Below, in pieces: positions 28,676 to 38,221 of a stretch of DNA of 63,128 nucleotides (the first letter of the stretch is position 1; every line of letters starts with the position of its first letter). Under the pieces are notes generated by a model. It searched no databases and was not told where the DNA came from. It saw nothing but the letters and a program-made list of their open reading frames with translations. A program made the position numbers and the translations under genes. Source of the stretch: Patescibacteria group bacterium (GTDB lineage: Bacteria > Patescibacteriota > Microgenomatia > UBA10105 > UBA927); contig JAMCTH010000007.1 of assembly GCA_023379025.1 (NCBI GenBank), positions 1 to 63,128 on the forward strand, in the 5' to 3' direction.

Positions 28676-30253
28676 TTAGCGTTTTACCTGCATGAGACTG
28701 ATACCCCCGGCTTCAAAAACGGGATGGAGATACGGCTCTGCCGTATGCGGCGGCGGCGGCGGCGCATCAATGCCGTACAGCACATAGGAGACGTGATAGC
28801 CGTTCAGAAAAGCTTCCGCTTCGGACGTATTCATCTGTCCGTTCAGAAAGGCAAATACGAGGTCGCGCCGGGTATAGTAATCTTCCGAGATGTCATCCCG
28901 CGCGATAAGCGTACGGTTATGGCTGTATGCCGGAATCATGGCGCTGACATATTCCCCGGCAAGGACGACGGATCCGGCGGGCGTATGGGTATCGAGGTAC
29001 CGGAATGCCGCCGCAAGAGAGGAGGGGATATAGTAGGGAAACCAGGAAGGGTCAGGTACAGCCGAGAGTGACGGAACGGAGGAAATAAACGGCACGGCAG
29101 CATAGACGACAAGGAAACCGATGATGCACGCTTCCGTAAGCCTTGCCGCAATGAAGCGTTTGAAGAGGGAGGAAAGAGTCAGGATACCCGAGGTGGCAAG
29201 TACTGCCAGGGGAATATACTGATATGACTGAAAGAGCCTGCTTTCGTTTATGCCGATGAGTCCCCGGACGGGGAAAAGGGCAAGGGGAAGAAATGCCCAG
29301 GAGACGAGAGCCGTGTGTATGGCGTTTTTACCCCGGAGGGAGACGGCTCCGATTGCACCCAAAAGAAGCGCCGGTCCGAGAGCCGCAATGTAGTCCGCAA
29401 TACCGACCGGAGGGTTAAAGGCTTTCATCCGTTCATACATCACCGACCAGGGCGGAACGGTGCGGAAGACGAGGTAGTCATAGAGGAGTACGCCTGCCCC
29501 CGTGAGAAAAACGGGCAAAAGCCACAGCCACTTCCGTCCTGATGCGGGGGCGCCGGGACGCAGACCGGCAACGCCCAATACCGCGTATATTGCGAGGAGC
29601 ATCATAAGAGCCGTCGGGTTCAGCATGCCGCAGAGTATCGTACAGAAGATGAGGATGCCGGTCCGCCGGCGTGTCGGTGAGTTGCCGGAGGCAATAAGCA
29701 CCGCAGGCGTCATGAGGGCAAGCGCCAGGAGGTGGTGCGGGGGCAGGTCTATTTTCCCGATGACGGAAAATGAACTGACCCATGGGATAGGATCCGATAT
29801 GCCGCGCGGTCCGAAGTGCCAGACCGCTGTTGCCGCCGCAAAGCATACCAGTGCCATAATCCGGTGTGAGACACGCCGGAATGTTTTTCTGATCAGGAGG
29901 AGAACGGAGGAAAGAAAAACCGCGAGTGAAAAAAGCCGGAGATAGAGATAGAGAAGCGGCGCCGAGGTGACGCCAATCAGCCTGCCGGTCAGTCCGGTCA
30001 ATGAGAAGAGGGGCTGCATGAAAACCGCAGGCGAGACGGTATCCGTATACCGGGAGGACAGGAAGAAGTGTCCCATAAGCCCGTCTTTGATCCAACCGAG
30101 GTACTGGAAATAATCCGGTAGATATCCGCCGGCGAAACTGTATGTTGCGCCCGCCGGCGTATGACGGAGAGCCGTATGAAACGGGAGGAACACCGCGGTA
30201 AACGAGGTGAGAACAAGCACGGTAAATACCATGAGATCTGCGTTCCGTTTCAT
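28676..30253 (-). CDS. Polytopic membrane protein, 'DYxxYL' family paralogue B
   Basis: 525 aa. N-terminal loop GATYSFAGGYLPDYFQYLGWIKDGLMG and C-terminal FLNGYHVSYVLYG. Confidence 0.72.
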   Translation of the reverse strand: MKRNADLMVFTVLVLTSFTAVFLPFHTALRHTPAGATYSFAGGYLPDYFQYLGWIKDGLMGHFFLSSRYTDTVSPAVFMQPLFSLTGLTGRLIGVTSAPLLYLYLRLFSLAVFLSSVLLLIRKTFRRVSHRIMALVCFAAATAVWHFGPRGISDPIPWVSSFSVIGKIDLPPHHLLALALMTPAVLIASGNSPTRRRTGILIFCTILCGMLNPTALMMLLAIYAVLGVAGLRPGAPASGRKWLWLLPVFLTGAGVLLYDYLVFRTVPPWSVMYERMKAFNPPVGIADYIAALGPALLLGAIGAVSLRGKNAIHTALVSWAFLPLALFPVRGLIGINESRLFQSYQYIPLAVLATSGILTLSSLFKRFIAARLTEACIIGFLVVYAAVPFISSVPSLSAVPDPSWFPYYIPSSLAAAFRYLDTHTPAGSVVLAGEYVSAMIPAYSHNRTLIARDDISEDYYTRRDLVFAFLNGQMNTSEAEAFLNGYHVSYVLYGIDAPPPPPHTAEPYLHPVFEAGGISLMQVKR

Positions 30254-30332
30254 ACCGTTTATGTTTAGCGTACCATATCCACGACCTGTCTTTCCCGGTC
30301 ACAAGAAGGAGCGATTGTTTTATAATGCCACT

Positions 30333-32147
30333 ATGCGGGTATTGCCGAAATTATTTCCGGTATTCATTTTTCTTTTTGTTGCTTTTTCGCTCACACCAAC
30401 GGTCTATGAGCTTGCGAACCGGGACAACATTCCCGAAGGCCGCTCCTTTGAACTCGTCCATAATTTCCCGACGGATTATAATTTTTATCTTTCCCGCATC
30501 CGGGAGGGGATAGAGGGACGGGTGACGGTAGTTGAGAAGTACACGTCGGAGCCGCACAAGGGATCGTTCATCCAGGAATTTTATCTTTTTTTGGGGTGGC
30601 TCGGCAGGTGGGACAGGGTACCGTGGGAACGCTCGGGTGATATCTATCAAGTAGCCCGGATTGTGCTCGGAGTGACACTCCTTTTCCTGATCGCGGAGTT
30701 TGCACGACGGGCATTTTCTGAAACAGAAGAAAAAACTGACGGTAAAGACGCTATCTGGCCGCTACTTGCTTTTGTATTTGCTGTAACGGCAAGTACATGG
30801 CCGACACTCGTGTGGGTCAATGGCGTACCGCGGTTCGGCGGGTACATGGCGTGGTGGTCCGTCATGGACAGCCTGCAGCGGATTACCTTTATCCCGCACC
30901 TTCTGGCGGGACAGGGGCTTCTCCTTGCGATCATTCTTGCCTTTTCCAGCGATGCAGTGCTGGCAAAACCGGGGAATTGGATATTTCTAGGCTTTCTCGG
31001 GCTTCTCCTCGGCGTTATTTTCCCTCCGGGACTGGTATTTGTCTATGCGGCCCTTGCCGTCCTTCTCCTCATACGCTTCGTTTGGGACCGTCCGAAGAAC
31101 AATCTATGGATGAGTTGGGCCATGCGGTACAAACTACCGGTCCTGGTCTTCGGCGTCTTATCGGTCGGCGCCCTTTTGTATCTCCAGCTTATGACCCGCA
31201 TGTATCCATGGAAGCGGCTGGTAGAGGTAGACGTCATCCGTCCGCTGCCGTTTGATTACTTCGAGTACATCAAAGCCATGGGTCCGGTGCTGCCGTTGGG
31301 GTTGTTAGGGCTGTTCGTGTGTTTCGTCGAGAAAAGCAAAACCATGCTTGCTGCCACAGCCTGGGTTATCGCATGGCTGGGACTTCTCGTCATTTTTCAC
31401 TTCGTCCCTGCGCAAAGCCCTCTCAGATTTTCGGAAATGATTCCGCACGTGCCGCTGGCAATATTAACAACGTATTTGTTTTATTATCTGTGTCGCGTTG
31501 CTCCGGTCGCCCGCAAAAATGTAGATCCAGCTTCAAAGTTAGATTCCGCAGGCCTGAGTGAAGCTGGACAAAATTTTGTGGGCTCCCTGCAACGCGCTAT
31601 GTATCCCATCTCACGTGTCTTGCTGGTCTTGCCCGTGTTGCTTGTATTGCTTAACTTAGCCATCATGTATTCCTCCTGGCTCTGGCAGCGGGATTTCATC
31701 GATCACAAGATGCGCGGAGCCTATCCGCTTGTCCAGGTCGGGGCATATGTCATGTATCCCCTCAAGGATTTTCTTTCCCCGATGAAATTTTTACAGGACC
31801 ATACGGCGCGGACCGATGTCATCTTGTCTGAATTTACTGCGGGCAACTACATCCCGGTCGTGAGCGGCAATACCGTTTATATCGGGCACGACAACACCGT
31901 GCATCTCGAAGAAAAGAAGGAAGAGGTGAAACGATTTTTCAGTCTTTCTTTGAATGCGGGAGAAGGGGAGGCGTGGCTCAAGGCCAATAATCTCCATTAT
32001 ATATATTACGGTCCGGAGGAGGAGGACGATGCGAGTCCCGGCGTCCTCTTCGGCGGGCCGGTAGGGGTACCGGATCTTTCCGTACACTATCCGTTCCTCA
32101 AACAGATCTACGAAAATCCCTCGGTCAGGATTTATCAGGCGGAATAG
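30333..32147 (+). CDS. Polytopic membrane protein, 'DYxxYL' family paralogue C
   Basis: The start is reassigned to the ATG at 30333 (MRVLPKLFPVFIF), which lies 6 nt after TATAAT (30321-30326). N-terminal loop FELVHNFPTDYNFYLSRIREGIEG and C-terminal WLKANNLHYIYYGPEE. Confidence 0.72.
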   Translation: MRVLPKLFPVFIFLFVAFSLTPTVYELANRDNIPEGRSFELVHNFPTDYNFYLSRIREGIEGRVTVVEKYTSEPHKGSFIQEFYLFLGWLGRWDRVPWERSGDIYQVARIVLGVTLLFLIAEFARRAFSETEEKTDGKDAIWPLLAFVFAVTASTWPTLVWVNGVPRFGGYMAWWSVMDSLQRITFIPHLLAGQGLLLAIILAFSSDAVLAKPGNWIFLGFLGLLLGVIFPPGLVFVYAALAVLLLIRFVWDRPKNNLWMSWAMRYKLPVLVFGVLSVGALLYLQLMTRMYPWKRLVEVDVIRPLPFDYFEYIKAMGPVLPLGLLGLFVCFVEKSKTMLAATAWVIAWLGLLVIFHFVPAQSPLRFSEMIPHVPLAILTTYLFYYLCRVAPVARKNVDPASKLDSAGLSEAGQNFVGSLQRAMYPISRVLLVLPVLLVLLNLAIMYSSWLWQRDFIDHKMRGAYPLVQVGAYVMYPLKDFLSPMKFLQDHTARTDVILSEFTAGNYIPVVSGNTVYIGHDNTVHLEEKKEEVKRFFSLSLNAGEGEAWLKANNLHYIYYGPEEEDDASPGVLFGGPVGVPDLSVHYPFLKQIYENPSVRIYQAE

Positions 32148-32269
32148 AGCATGAAATCGGCTGTGTACAATCCGGTGCCTCGGACGGGTCTGCAGCATTA
32201 ACCTGCTCACCGGTCAGCGTACCCTTCCGTGTCTCGGAATCCCATGTCGCAGGGATACTGTGGGTTGGT

Positions 32270-33358
32270 TTATGCCTTGAAGTGACGAGGTATTTTTTTC
32301 TCCCATCTGGCGCCGCGGCCACGTCCAAGCATGGCGATACGTCCAAGATGTTGCAACTTGACAAGTGCCTGTTTGACCGTTGCCCGGGGGATACCGGTAT
32401 CTTTGATTATTACCCCCGTTCTTACTTCATGATGTTCCTGCATATACTGCCAGATAACCTGTTGTTGTTTTGACAGAAGTGTCTCGATTTGTTCTCCCCT
32501 CAGTAGAGAGACGGCAAGATTCGACTGCGCTGTCATCACCGAGAGAAAAAACGTGAACCATGGCTCAAGATGTTCCTGTCCCGATCCGAAGGTATTCTGG
32601 CTTTTTCGAAGAGCCATGTAGTATTCCGGTTTGTTATCCTCAATCAGTTTTTCATGCGAAACGTACGGAATGTAGGCATATCCGGCGTGTAAAAGGAGCA
32701 GATTCGTCAGAATCCGCGACAGCCTCCCATTACCGTCCTCAAAGGGATGGATTGCAAGGAATTCGACAATACATGACCCGATGATAAGGAGGGGATGATA
32801 TGTTTTTTGCTTCATCGCATCGGCGGTCCATGCGATGAGGTCGTGCATTGCCGCGGGAGTGAGATAGGCGGGTGTCGTATTGAAAAGTACCCCGACCGAT
32901 TGTCCGGAAGCGTTTACCATCATGACCTTGTTTTCCTTCTGTTTATATTCTCCCCGGTGTGTCTCATCTTTTTTAACGTATTGCAAAAGCTGTTTATGGA
33001 ATGATTTGATAACCCCTTCGGACAGATGAATGGTTTTCCAACTGTCAAAAACATTCCCGAGAAGCTCATAATATCCTTTGACTTCGGCAACATCGCGATC
33101 ATGGAAGGTCTGAATTGCAATCCCCCGCATCAGTTTTTCGATATCTCCATCGGAAAGCCGCGCGCCTTCGATACGGGTGGAAGCCCCGGTTGACGTGATA
33201 AGCACGGATCGTTTCAAATTTCCGAGTGTTTGAGGGTGCAGGTTGACTCCCGCGGTCCATTGACCCTTGCGTTCGTCAATGGCCGCGATAGCAGGGAGAA
33301 TGCGTGCATACACTTCTTGCGACAGCAGAGTAAGTCTTGTGTCAAATTTGGTCATCAT
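32270..33358 (-). CDS. Fic/DOC family protein with a C-terminal winged-helix-like domain
   Basis: The Fic motif is HPFEDGNGRLSRILTN. The first ATG is at 33358; the track's start at 33370 is a TTG inside the repeat/promoter. Confidence 0.9.
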   Translation of the reverse strand: MMTKFDTRLTLLSQEVYARILPAIAAIDERKGQWTAGVNLHPQTLGNLKRSVLITSTGASTRIEGARLSDGDIEKLMRGIAIQTFHDRDVAEVKGYYELLGNVFDSWKTIHLSEGVIKSFHKQLLQYVKKDETHRGEYKQKENKVMMVNASGQSVGVLFNTTPAYLTPAAMHDLIAWTADAMKQKTYHPLLIIGSCIVEFLAIHPFEDGNGRLSRILTNLLLLHAGYAYIPYVSHEKLIEDNKPEYYMALRKSQNTFGSGQEHLEPWFTFFLSVMTAQSNLAVSLLRGEQIETLLSKQQQVIWQYMQEHHEVRTGVIIKDTGIPRATVKQALVKLQHLGRIAMLGRGRGARWEKKIPRHFKA

Positions 33359-33361
33359 AAC

Positions 33362-33397
33362 TATAGCCAATTATAGCCAATTATAGCCAATTGTCAA
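33362..33397 (-). promoter_or_regulatory. Tandem 10-mer (TATAGCCAAT x3) that builds the fic promoter
   Basis: Three perfect 10-bp repeats lie at 33362-33391. On the minus strand they read TTGACA (33397-33392), a 16-nt spacer, TATAAT (33375-33370), then 11 nt to the ATG at 33358. A second TATAAT lies at 33385-33380. The palindrome CAAGAA-n5-TTCTTG follows at 33395-33411. Confidence 0.55.
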
Positions 33398-33445
33398 GAA
33401 CTTCATTCTTGTACTCCGGGCTGATCTCGATTACGATAGAGAACT

Positions 33446-34309
33446 ATGAAATGCTACCTCTGCCATGGCCGGATGAAGCCGTTCTTATTCAAGAACGGGT
33501 ACCAGATCTTTCTGTGTCCTGCCTGCGGGCTCAAAGCGACGGACCTGCGGGAAGAGTATGAGAGTTTTATCAGGAAATTTTACATCAAAGGCTACTATAC
33601 CGGGGATCCCAAGTATGCGGCATATGCCAGTTATCACAGCGATAAATGGCATATCGTACGCAATATGCGAAAATTCCTCATGCATATCCAGAAATATAAA
33701 AAGACCGGAAAACTCCTGGATGTCGGGTGTGCCATGGGATTTATGGTGGAACTTGCTCTCAAAGCGGGATACGATGCGTACGGCTTTGATCCGTCGGTAT
33801 ACGCGGTCACCGAAGGCAGGCGGGACACCGACGGCAGGATTATCCGCGGCACCATCCAGAGCGTGCAGTATAAGCCTAAATCATTTGATATCATTACACT
33901 TTTTGATGTGGTGGAACATCTTGGCGATCCTGCGCGGGATCTTGCCAAACTTATGACTCTTCTTAAAGATGACGGCATTTTGGTGATGGCCACCGGCAAT
34001 ACCGAAAGCATGGCCGCACGCACCCTCCGCAGGCGCTGGACGTTTTATATACCGCCCCAGCACCTGTTTTTCTTTACCAGGAAAAACTTTACCGATCTTA
34101 TGGTGCAGTCCGGCCTTGAGCCGGTCGAGTGGTTCATGATCGGGAAGTGGCTGAGCCTCCGGTATGTGCTGCACCTCGCCCGGTCGACCGGCGGGAGCGC
34201 TCTGGCGCGGCGGTTTTTCCGGCTTGTAGAGAAAGTAGGTCTGGGGTGGCTGCCTCTCTATCTTCCCATGCGGGACAACATGGTGGTCGTCGCCCAAAAA
34301 TCACGCTGA
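33446..34309 (+). CDS. Class I SAM-dependent methyltransferase with an N-terminal zinc ribbon
   Basis: CYLCHGRM...CPACGL, motif I LLDVGCAMGF, and FDIITLFDVVEHL. Confidence 0.85.
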   Translation: MKCYLCHGRMKPFLFKNGYQIFLCPACGLKATDLREEYESFIRKFYIKGYYTGDPKYAAYASYHSDKWHIVRNMRKFLMHIQKYKKTGKLLDVGCAMGFMVELALKAGYDAYGFDPSVYAVTEGRRDTDGRIIRGTIQSVQYKPKSFDIITLFDVVEHLGDPARDLAKLMTLLKDDGILVMATGNTESMAARTLRRRWTFYIPPQHLFFFTRKNFTDLMVQSGLEPVEWFMIGKWLSLRYVLHLARSTGGSALARRFFRLVEKVGLGWLPLYLPMRDNMVVVAQKSR

Positions 34310-35055
34310 TGTCAAAAACCTATCCGGCAGTGTACCACGACTATATTGAGAAGGCGGAAAAAGCCCATTTTTGGTTTTCGGGGCGCCGGGCGCTTCTCCG
34401 GAACGTGATCGGCGCGTTTCTTCCGGGGGCTCCGGAGACTACATTTCTTGAGGTCGGCTGCGGAACCGGACTCGTCCTCGAGCTTCTGGAACGGATGGGG
34501 TTTAGCGCGGTCGGTCTTGATGTCAATGCAAAAGCGCTGTCCTTGGCGCGGAAAAAAACGAAGGCGCCGCTTATCCGGTCATCCCTCTACACCTTCCGGA
34601 CAGACCGGCAGTTTCAGGCGGTCGGCAGTTTTGATGTCCTGGAGCATCAGGAGAACGACCTCCTGTTCCTGCAGCGCTGCCGGTCACTCATCAGCCGCGG
34701 CGGGTATCTTTTTCTGACCGTTCCGGCCGGAAAACGGTTCTGGAGCCCTATTGATGCATATTCCGGACACAAGCGCCGGTATGAAGCCCGGGAGCTTGCG
34801 TCTCTGGTCAGGCGGGCCGGATTTTCCGTCCTTTTCTGCCGGTATTGGAATGCGCTGACCCTGCCGTTTTTTCTTTACAAGCGGCGCTGCGTAACGGAGA
34901 CACTCCCGGAACGGATGATTGCCGACTATGTAGAGAAGCCGCCGGCGGTCGTAAACTGGCTTCTCAATCTGCTTCTTTCCCTTGAGCGCATCGGTATCTT
35001 TACCATCCCGTATCCGGCCGGAGCAAGTCTCGTGCTGGTTGCCAAAAGGATATGA
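34309..35055 (+). CDS. Class I SAM-dependent methyltransferase
   Basis: The start ATG overlaps the upstream stop (TGATG). Motif I FLEVGCGTGL and FDVLEHQEND are present. The track's longer N-terminal extension is rejected. Confidence 0.85.
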   Translation: MSKTYPAVYHDYIEKAEKAHFWFSGRRALLRNVIGAFLPGAPETTFLEVGCGTGLVLELLERMGFSAVGLDVNAKALSLARKKTKAPLIRSSLYTFRTDRQFQAVGSFDVLEHQENDLLFLQRCRSLISRGGYLFLTVPAGKRFWSPIDAYSGHKRRYEARELASLVRRAGFSVLFCRYWNALTLPFFLYKRRCVTETLPERMIADYVEKPPAVVNWLLNLLLSLERIGIFTIPYPAGASLVLVAKRI

Positions 35056-37268
35056 AAAAAACCGCGGTGATTGCCGGGAGTTATGCACTGCTTCTGGTAT
35101 TCCTTTTCGGCGGGGCGCTTTTTCCGGGTCCCCACCGGATTATTTTCGGCGATGACATCACGCACCAGTACTATTATTACCGCGAATTTTTCCTTCATTT
35201 TTTCCGTCAGGGGATAGTCCCATGGTGGAACCCGTACAATTTCAGCGGCACGCCGTTTATCGCAAATCCGGCCGTCACTATCTGGTATCCCGGAACCTGG
35301 CTTTTTCTCCTGCTGCCTCTGAATATCGCCTACAGCTGGCACATCGCGCTGCATCTTCTGATTGCGATGACGGGGATGTACCTCTTTATTTCAAATCTCA
35401 AATCCCAAATCCCGATGACCAAACAAAACACACATCAAAAGAATGATCAAGAAAATGGAAGCATTGATGTCGCTTCCTGGGTGGGGGGAGTTGTGTTCGG
35501 GTTGTCGGGATTTTTCGTTGCCAGGATATGGGCGGGACACGTCGATATCATCGCAGCTGCAAGCTGGATGCCGTGGGTCGTGTGGGGGTTTTATCGATTA
35601 CATCACGCGGTAGGTGCGCGTGTTTCTGCGTCTCCGTCAAGCGTCGGCCCCCTGCGGGTGGCAGGAGCAGGGGGACCCCCGGGAAGGGGTCCCCTTGTGG
35701 GTGTTCCTGGGGGAAAGCTCCTGACAGGACCCGCTGGCACGTTCCTTCGCGTGACGATGCCCGAAAACGCGCACCTCCCCGCGCGCGGAATTGCACTTGC
35801 CTCCATCCTTTTTGCTTTCCAGCTGTATGCGGGCTACCAGACGATGGCATTTTTTACCGTAGAGGCAGTGATCATTGTTGTATTGTTCTATTGCTTTATT
35901 GTGAAAAGTTTTAGACCGTTACTCCCGGTAGCCATAGCGGGACTCCTGGGATTGGGACTGGCAGGTCTCCAGCTTATTCCTGAGCAGCAGTTTTTTCGGG
36001 AGACCATACGGACGTATGCACTCCCTTACCGCTGGACGTCGTACGGAGCGCTCACGTTTCGCGACCTTCTTTCATTTATTTCGCCGTTTCCCTTCGGGAA
36101 TCAGATGAACTACCGGGGGCCTGTTCCTAATTATTGGGAACATGCAGCATATCTCGGCCGGGTCGGATTGACGCTTGCCATCGTTGGATGCTTGAGCGTT
36201 TTATGGACCATGAAGAGAAAGAGGATAGAAAAATCCTGGAGTTTAGCTTTGGCAATGGTGGTTATCACGGTATTTGGGTTCTGGATGTCTTTTGGACCGA
36301 ATGCGCCGGTTGATCTCCAACATATCCTATGGAGCATCCTTCCGCCATACCATTACCTCCGTATTCCAACCCGCCATGTAATCCTTGTCGTATTCGGTAT
36401 GAGCGCGCTTGCCGGAATCGGGCTCGGCGCCCTCCGAAATAGGACCCTCCGGATTGTCATCACGCTCGCCGTCGTAGGGGAGATGCTCTGGTATGGAAAA
36501 ACCTTCATAACGCTTTCTCCGATCCCGGGCGGTCAGACCGATCCGACCTTAGTTTCTCTTTTTAAGAAAGACGTCGGTCCGTATCGGGTGCTTCAGGATT
36601 TTGGCGTATGGGTCTCTCCGCGGGAGAGCCTGGATTTTGACAGCACCATGATGTACGGAATATTTTCGGCAACCGGCTACGACCCGTCAATTCTACGCTC
36701 CTATTTCGACTATGTAGCCCGGGCTTCGGGGCAGACGGGGAGCGATGCGGTCCGGACAACGGATGTGCAGGTCCCGTACCTGGCCCCGGCTTCGGGGGAC
36801 GCCCTGGATTTTCTGAATATCAAATATATACTCGTGCCGCCGGCATACGATCCGTTTGCCGGGAATGCACGGTATGTTTTGGTCCGTGAAGACGCCAGGC
36901 GCGGTTATAGAGTATATGAGAATACGACGGTGAAGCCGCGGTTTTTCCTTGACAAGCGTTCCTGCGGCACGGTCCGTCTCGCGGGTTACACCCCAAATAC
37001 CATACGGCTGGATGTCGATACGACCTGTGCCGCCGGACTGGTCAGTTCGGAAGTCTGGTATCCGGGATGGACGGCATATGTCAATAATAAGAAGGTTGAT
37101 ATGGATAGAATAAATGGATCATTCCGGTCACTTTTTATATCCAGGGGAAATCACGCGGTAATCATGGTCTATGAACCGGCGATTTTTCTCATCGGAGGAT
37201 CCGTAACCATGGGCTCTGCCCTCATACTCATATGGCTGTTGGCAAGACGGAATACAGTCCTCACTTGA
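35052..37268 (+). CDS. YfhO-family (GT-C) membrane protein
   Basis: The N-terminal pattern is GDDITHQYYYYREFFLHFFRQGIVPWWNPYNFSGTPFIANP. It is a 738-aa polytopic protein with a C-terminal TM, and its ATGA start overlaps the upstream gene. Confidence 0.8.
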   Translation: MKKTAVIAGSYALLLVFLFGGALFPGPHRIIFGDDITHQYYYYREFFLHFFRQGIVPWWNPYNFSGTPFIANPAVTIWYPGTWLFLLLPLNIAYSWHIALHLLIAMTGMYLFISNLKSQIPMTKQNTHQKNDQENGSIDVASWVGGVVFGLSGFFVARIWAGHVDIIAAASWMPWVVWGFYRLHHAVGARVSASPSSVGPLRVAGAGGPPGRGPLVGVPGGKLLTGPAGTFLRVTMPENAHLPARGIALASILFAFQLYAGYQTMAFFTVEAVIIVVLFYCFIVKSFRPLLPVAIAGLLGLGLAGLQLIPEQQFFRETIRTYALPYRWTSYGALTFRDLLSFISPFPFGNQMNYRGPVPNYWEHAAYLGRVGLTLAIVGCLSVLWTMKRKRIEKSWSLALAMVVITVFGFWMSFGPNAPVDLQHILWSILPPYHYLRIPTRHVILVVFGMSALAGIGLGALRNRTLRIVITLAVVGEMLWYGKTFITLSPIPGGQTDPTLVSLFKKDVGPYRVLQDFGVWVSPRESLDFDSTMMYGIFSATGYDPSILRSYFDYVARASGQTGSDAVRTTDVQVPYLAPASGDALDFLNIKYILVPPAYDPFAGNARYVLVREDARRGYRVYENTTVKPRFFLDKRSCGTVRLAGYTPNTIRLDVDTTCAAGLVSSEVWYPGWTAYVNNKKVDMDRINGSFRSLFISRGNHAVIMVYEPAIFLIGGSVTMGSALILIWLLARRNTVLT
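35614..35788. repeat. About 175-nt GC-rich foldback element inserted in frame in the YfhO-like gene (copy 1)
   Basis: Core GGGGGACCCCCGGGAAGGGGTCCCCTTGTGGGTGTTCCTGGGGGAA (35670-35715). The arms are mutually complementary (GCGCGTGTTTCTGCGTCTCCGTCAAGCG versus CGCGTGACGATGCCCGAAAACGCGC). The reverse-complement copy is at 47589-47770. Confidence 0.85.
35874..35905. repeat. 8-bp-period cassette (ATTGTTNN x4) inside the YfhO-like gene
   Basis: ATTGTTGT ATTGTTCT ATTGCTTT ATTGTGAA, translated as IIVVLFYCFIV. Confidence 0.85.
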
Positions 37269-37274
37269 AAATTG

Positions 37275-37612
37275 TTGGTGTGAGTTTTTTGGCTAAGCCG
37301 GTGTAGAACGTTACCATTGCTTTTCGGTCAAAGGGGATAAGCATTCTGGGAACATCCGTGATTTCTGCTGCTTTGAGAAAGTTTTTTGATACTTGCAAGG
37401 GATCAACCCTTTCCCCGAACTTCTTATCTGCATCGCGGAATAAGCGTTCGATCGTCCATGCGGTCTGCGTCAGAATACAGTATAAATCTACATAGTCCCG
37501 TTCCTCCGCTTAAATAGAAGTTGTTGAGGATCCAGGGTGTTTTGAGTACCACTGCCAGAAATTGCTCCTGTCGAAGGCTAAGCCCTGTTCCGTTTTCCAT
37601 GGTTTGTGCCAT
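37275..37612 (-). pseudogene. Decayed AbiEii-like nucleotidyltransferase toxin remnant
   Basis: The N-terminal fragment ...LSLRQEQFLAVVLKTPWILNNFYLSGGTGL stops prematurely. A C-terminal-like piece (...ERLFRDADKKFGERVDPLQVSKNFLKAAEIT...) continues in another frame. The central catalytic part is missing. Confidence 0.35.
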
Positions 37613-37931
37613 AGATAGAATTTTAACACTTTCTGCTTGTCCGGGCTGATGCGGTTTTTTATAGAAGACCAGTGTGTTTTGATAAACTCCGGGTCCAGCT
37701 TTTCTCCTTCGAGACCATAACTAATAAGCTGGATGACGCGCCAGATATTATATTCATCGGGAAACTCGCGTTTGAGTTTTTTTCATCAGTATTCCAGTGA
37801 AACATAGCTCGAGTATACAGGAAAGAAAACTATAAAAAAAGGATGATACAAACCGCACAAGGACAGGCATCAGGCGTTGATCGGTCCGCCCAGGCATATC
37901 ACGTCTCGGCACCGGCGGCCACTCTCTGTTC

Positions 37932-37959
37932 TTGACACAAACCAATACAATTGTATAAT
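37932..37959 (+). promoter_or_regulatory. Consensus sigma70 promoter of vapBC (leaderless-type)
   Basis: TTGACA (37932-37937), a 16-nt spacer, TATAAT (37954-37959), then 10 nt to the ATG at 37970. Confidence 0.6.
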
Positions 37960-37969
37960 AGTATTATAT

Positions 37970-38221
37970 ATGAACTACGTGACTACCAACATCCGTTTCC
38001 CTGAAGACATCTATCTGGCGCTCAAGGAAGAAGCAGCCAAAAAAAGACTCAGTCTCTCCGCAGTAGTCCGCGAGAAAGTCGGAGCGGGCGATACACGCCG
38101 TTCGAAAGCGGAAATGACACGGTTAACCTCTCGGCTTGACACGACGGCGAAAGCACTCGGCGATAAGCTTAAAGGCTTTGACGCGGCGCGAGCGATCAGA
38201 AAGATGCGCGAAGAGCTATGA
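37970..38221 (+). CDS. vapB: Ribbon-helix-helix antitoxin (VapB/CopG-like)
   Basis: MNYVTTNIRFPEDIYLALKEEAAKKRLSLSAVVREKV is a typical RHH N-terminus. Its ATGA stop overlaps the start of the PIN gene. Confidence 0.7.
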   Translation: MNYVTTNIRFPEDIYLALKEEAAKKRLSLSAVVREKVGAGDTRRSKAEMTRLTSRLDTTAKALGDKLKGFDAARAIRKMREEL

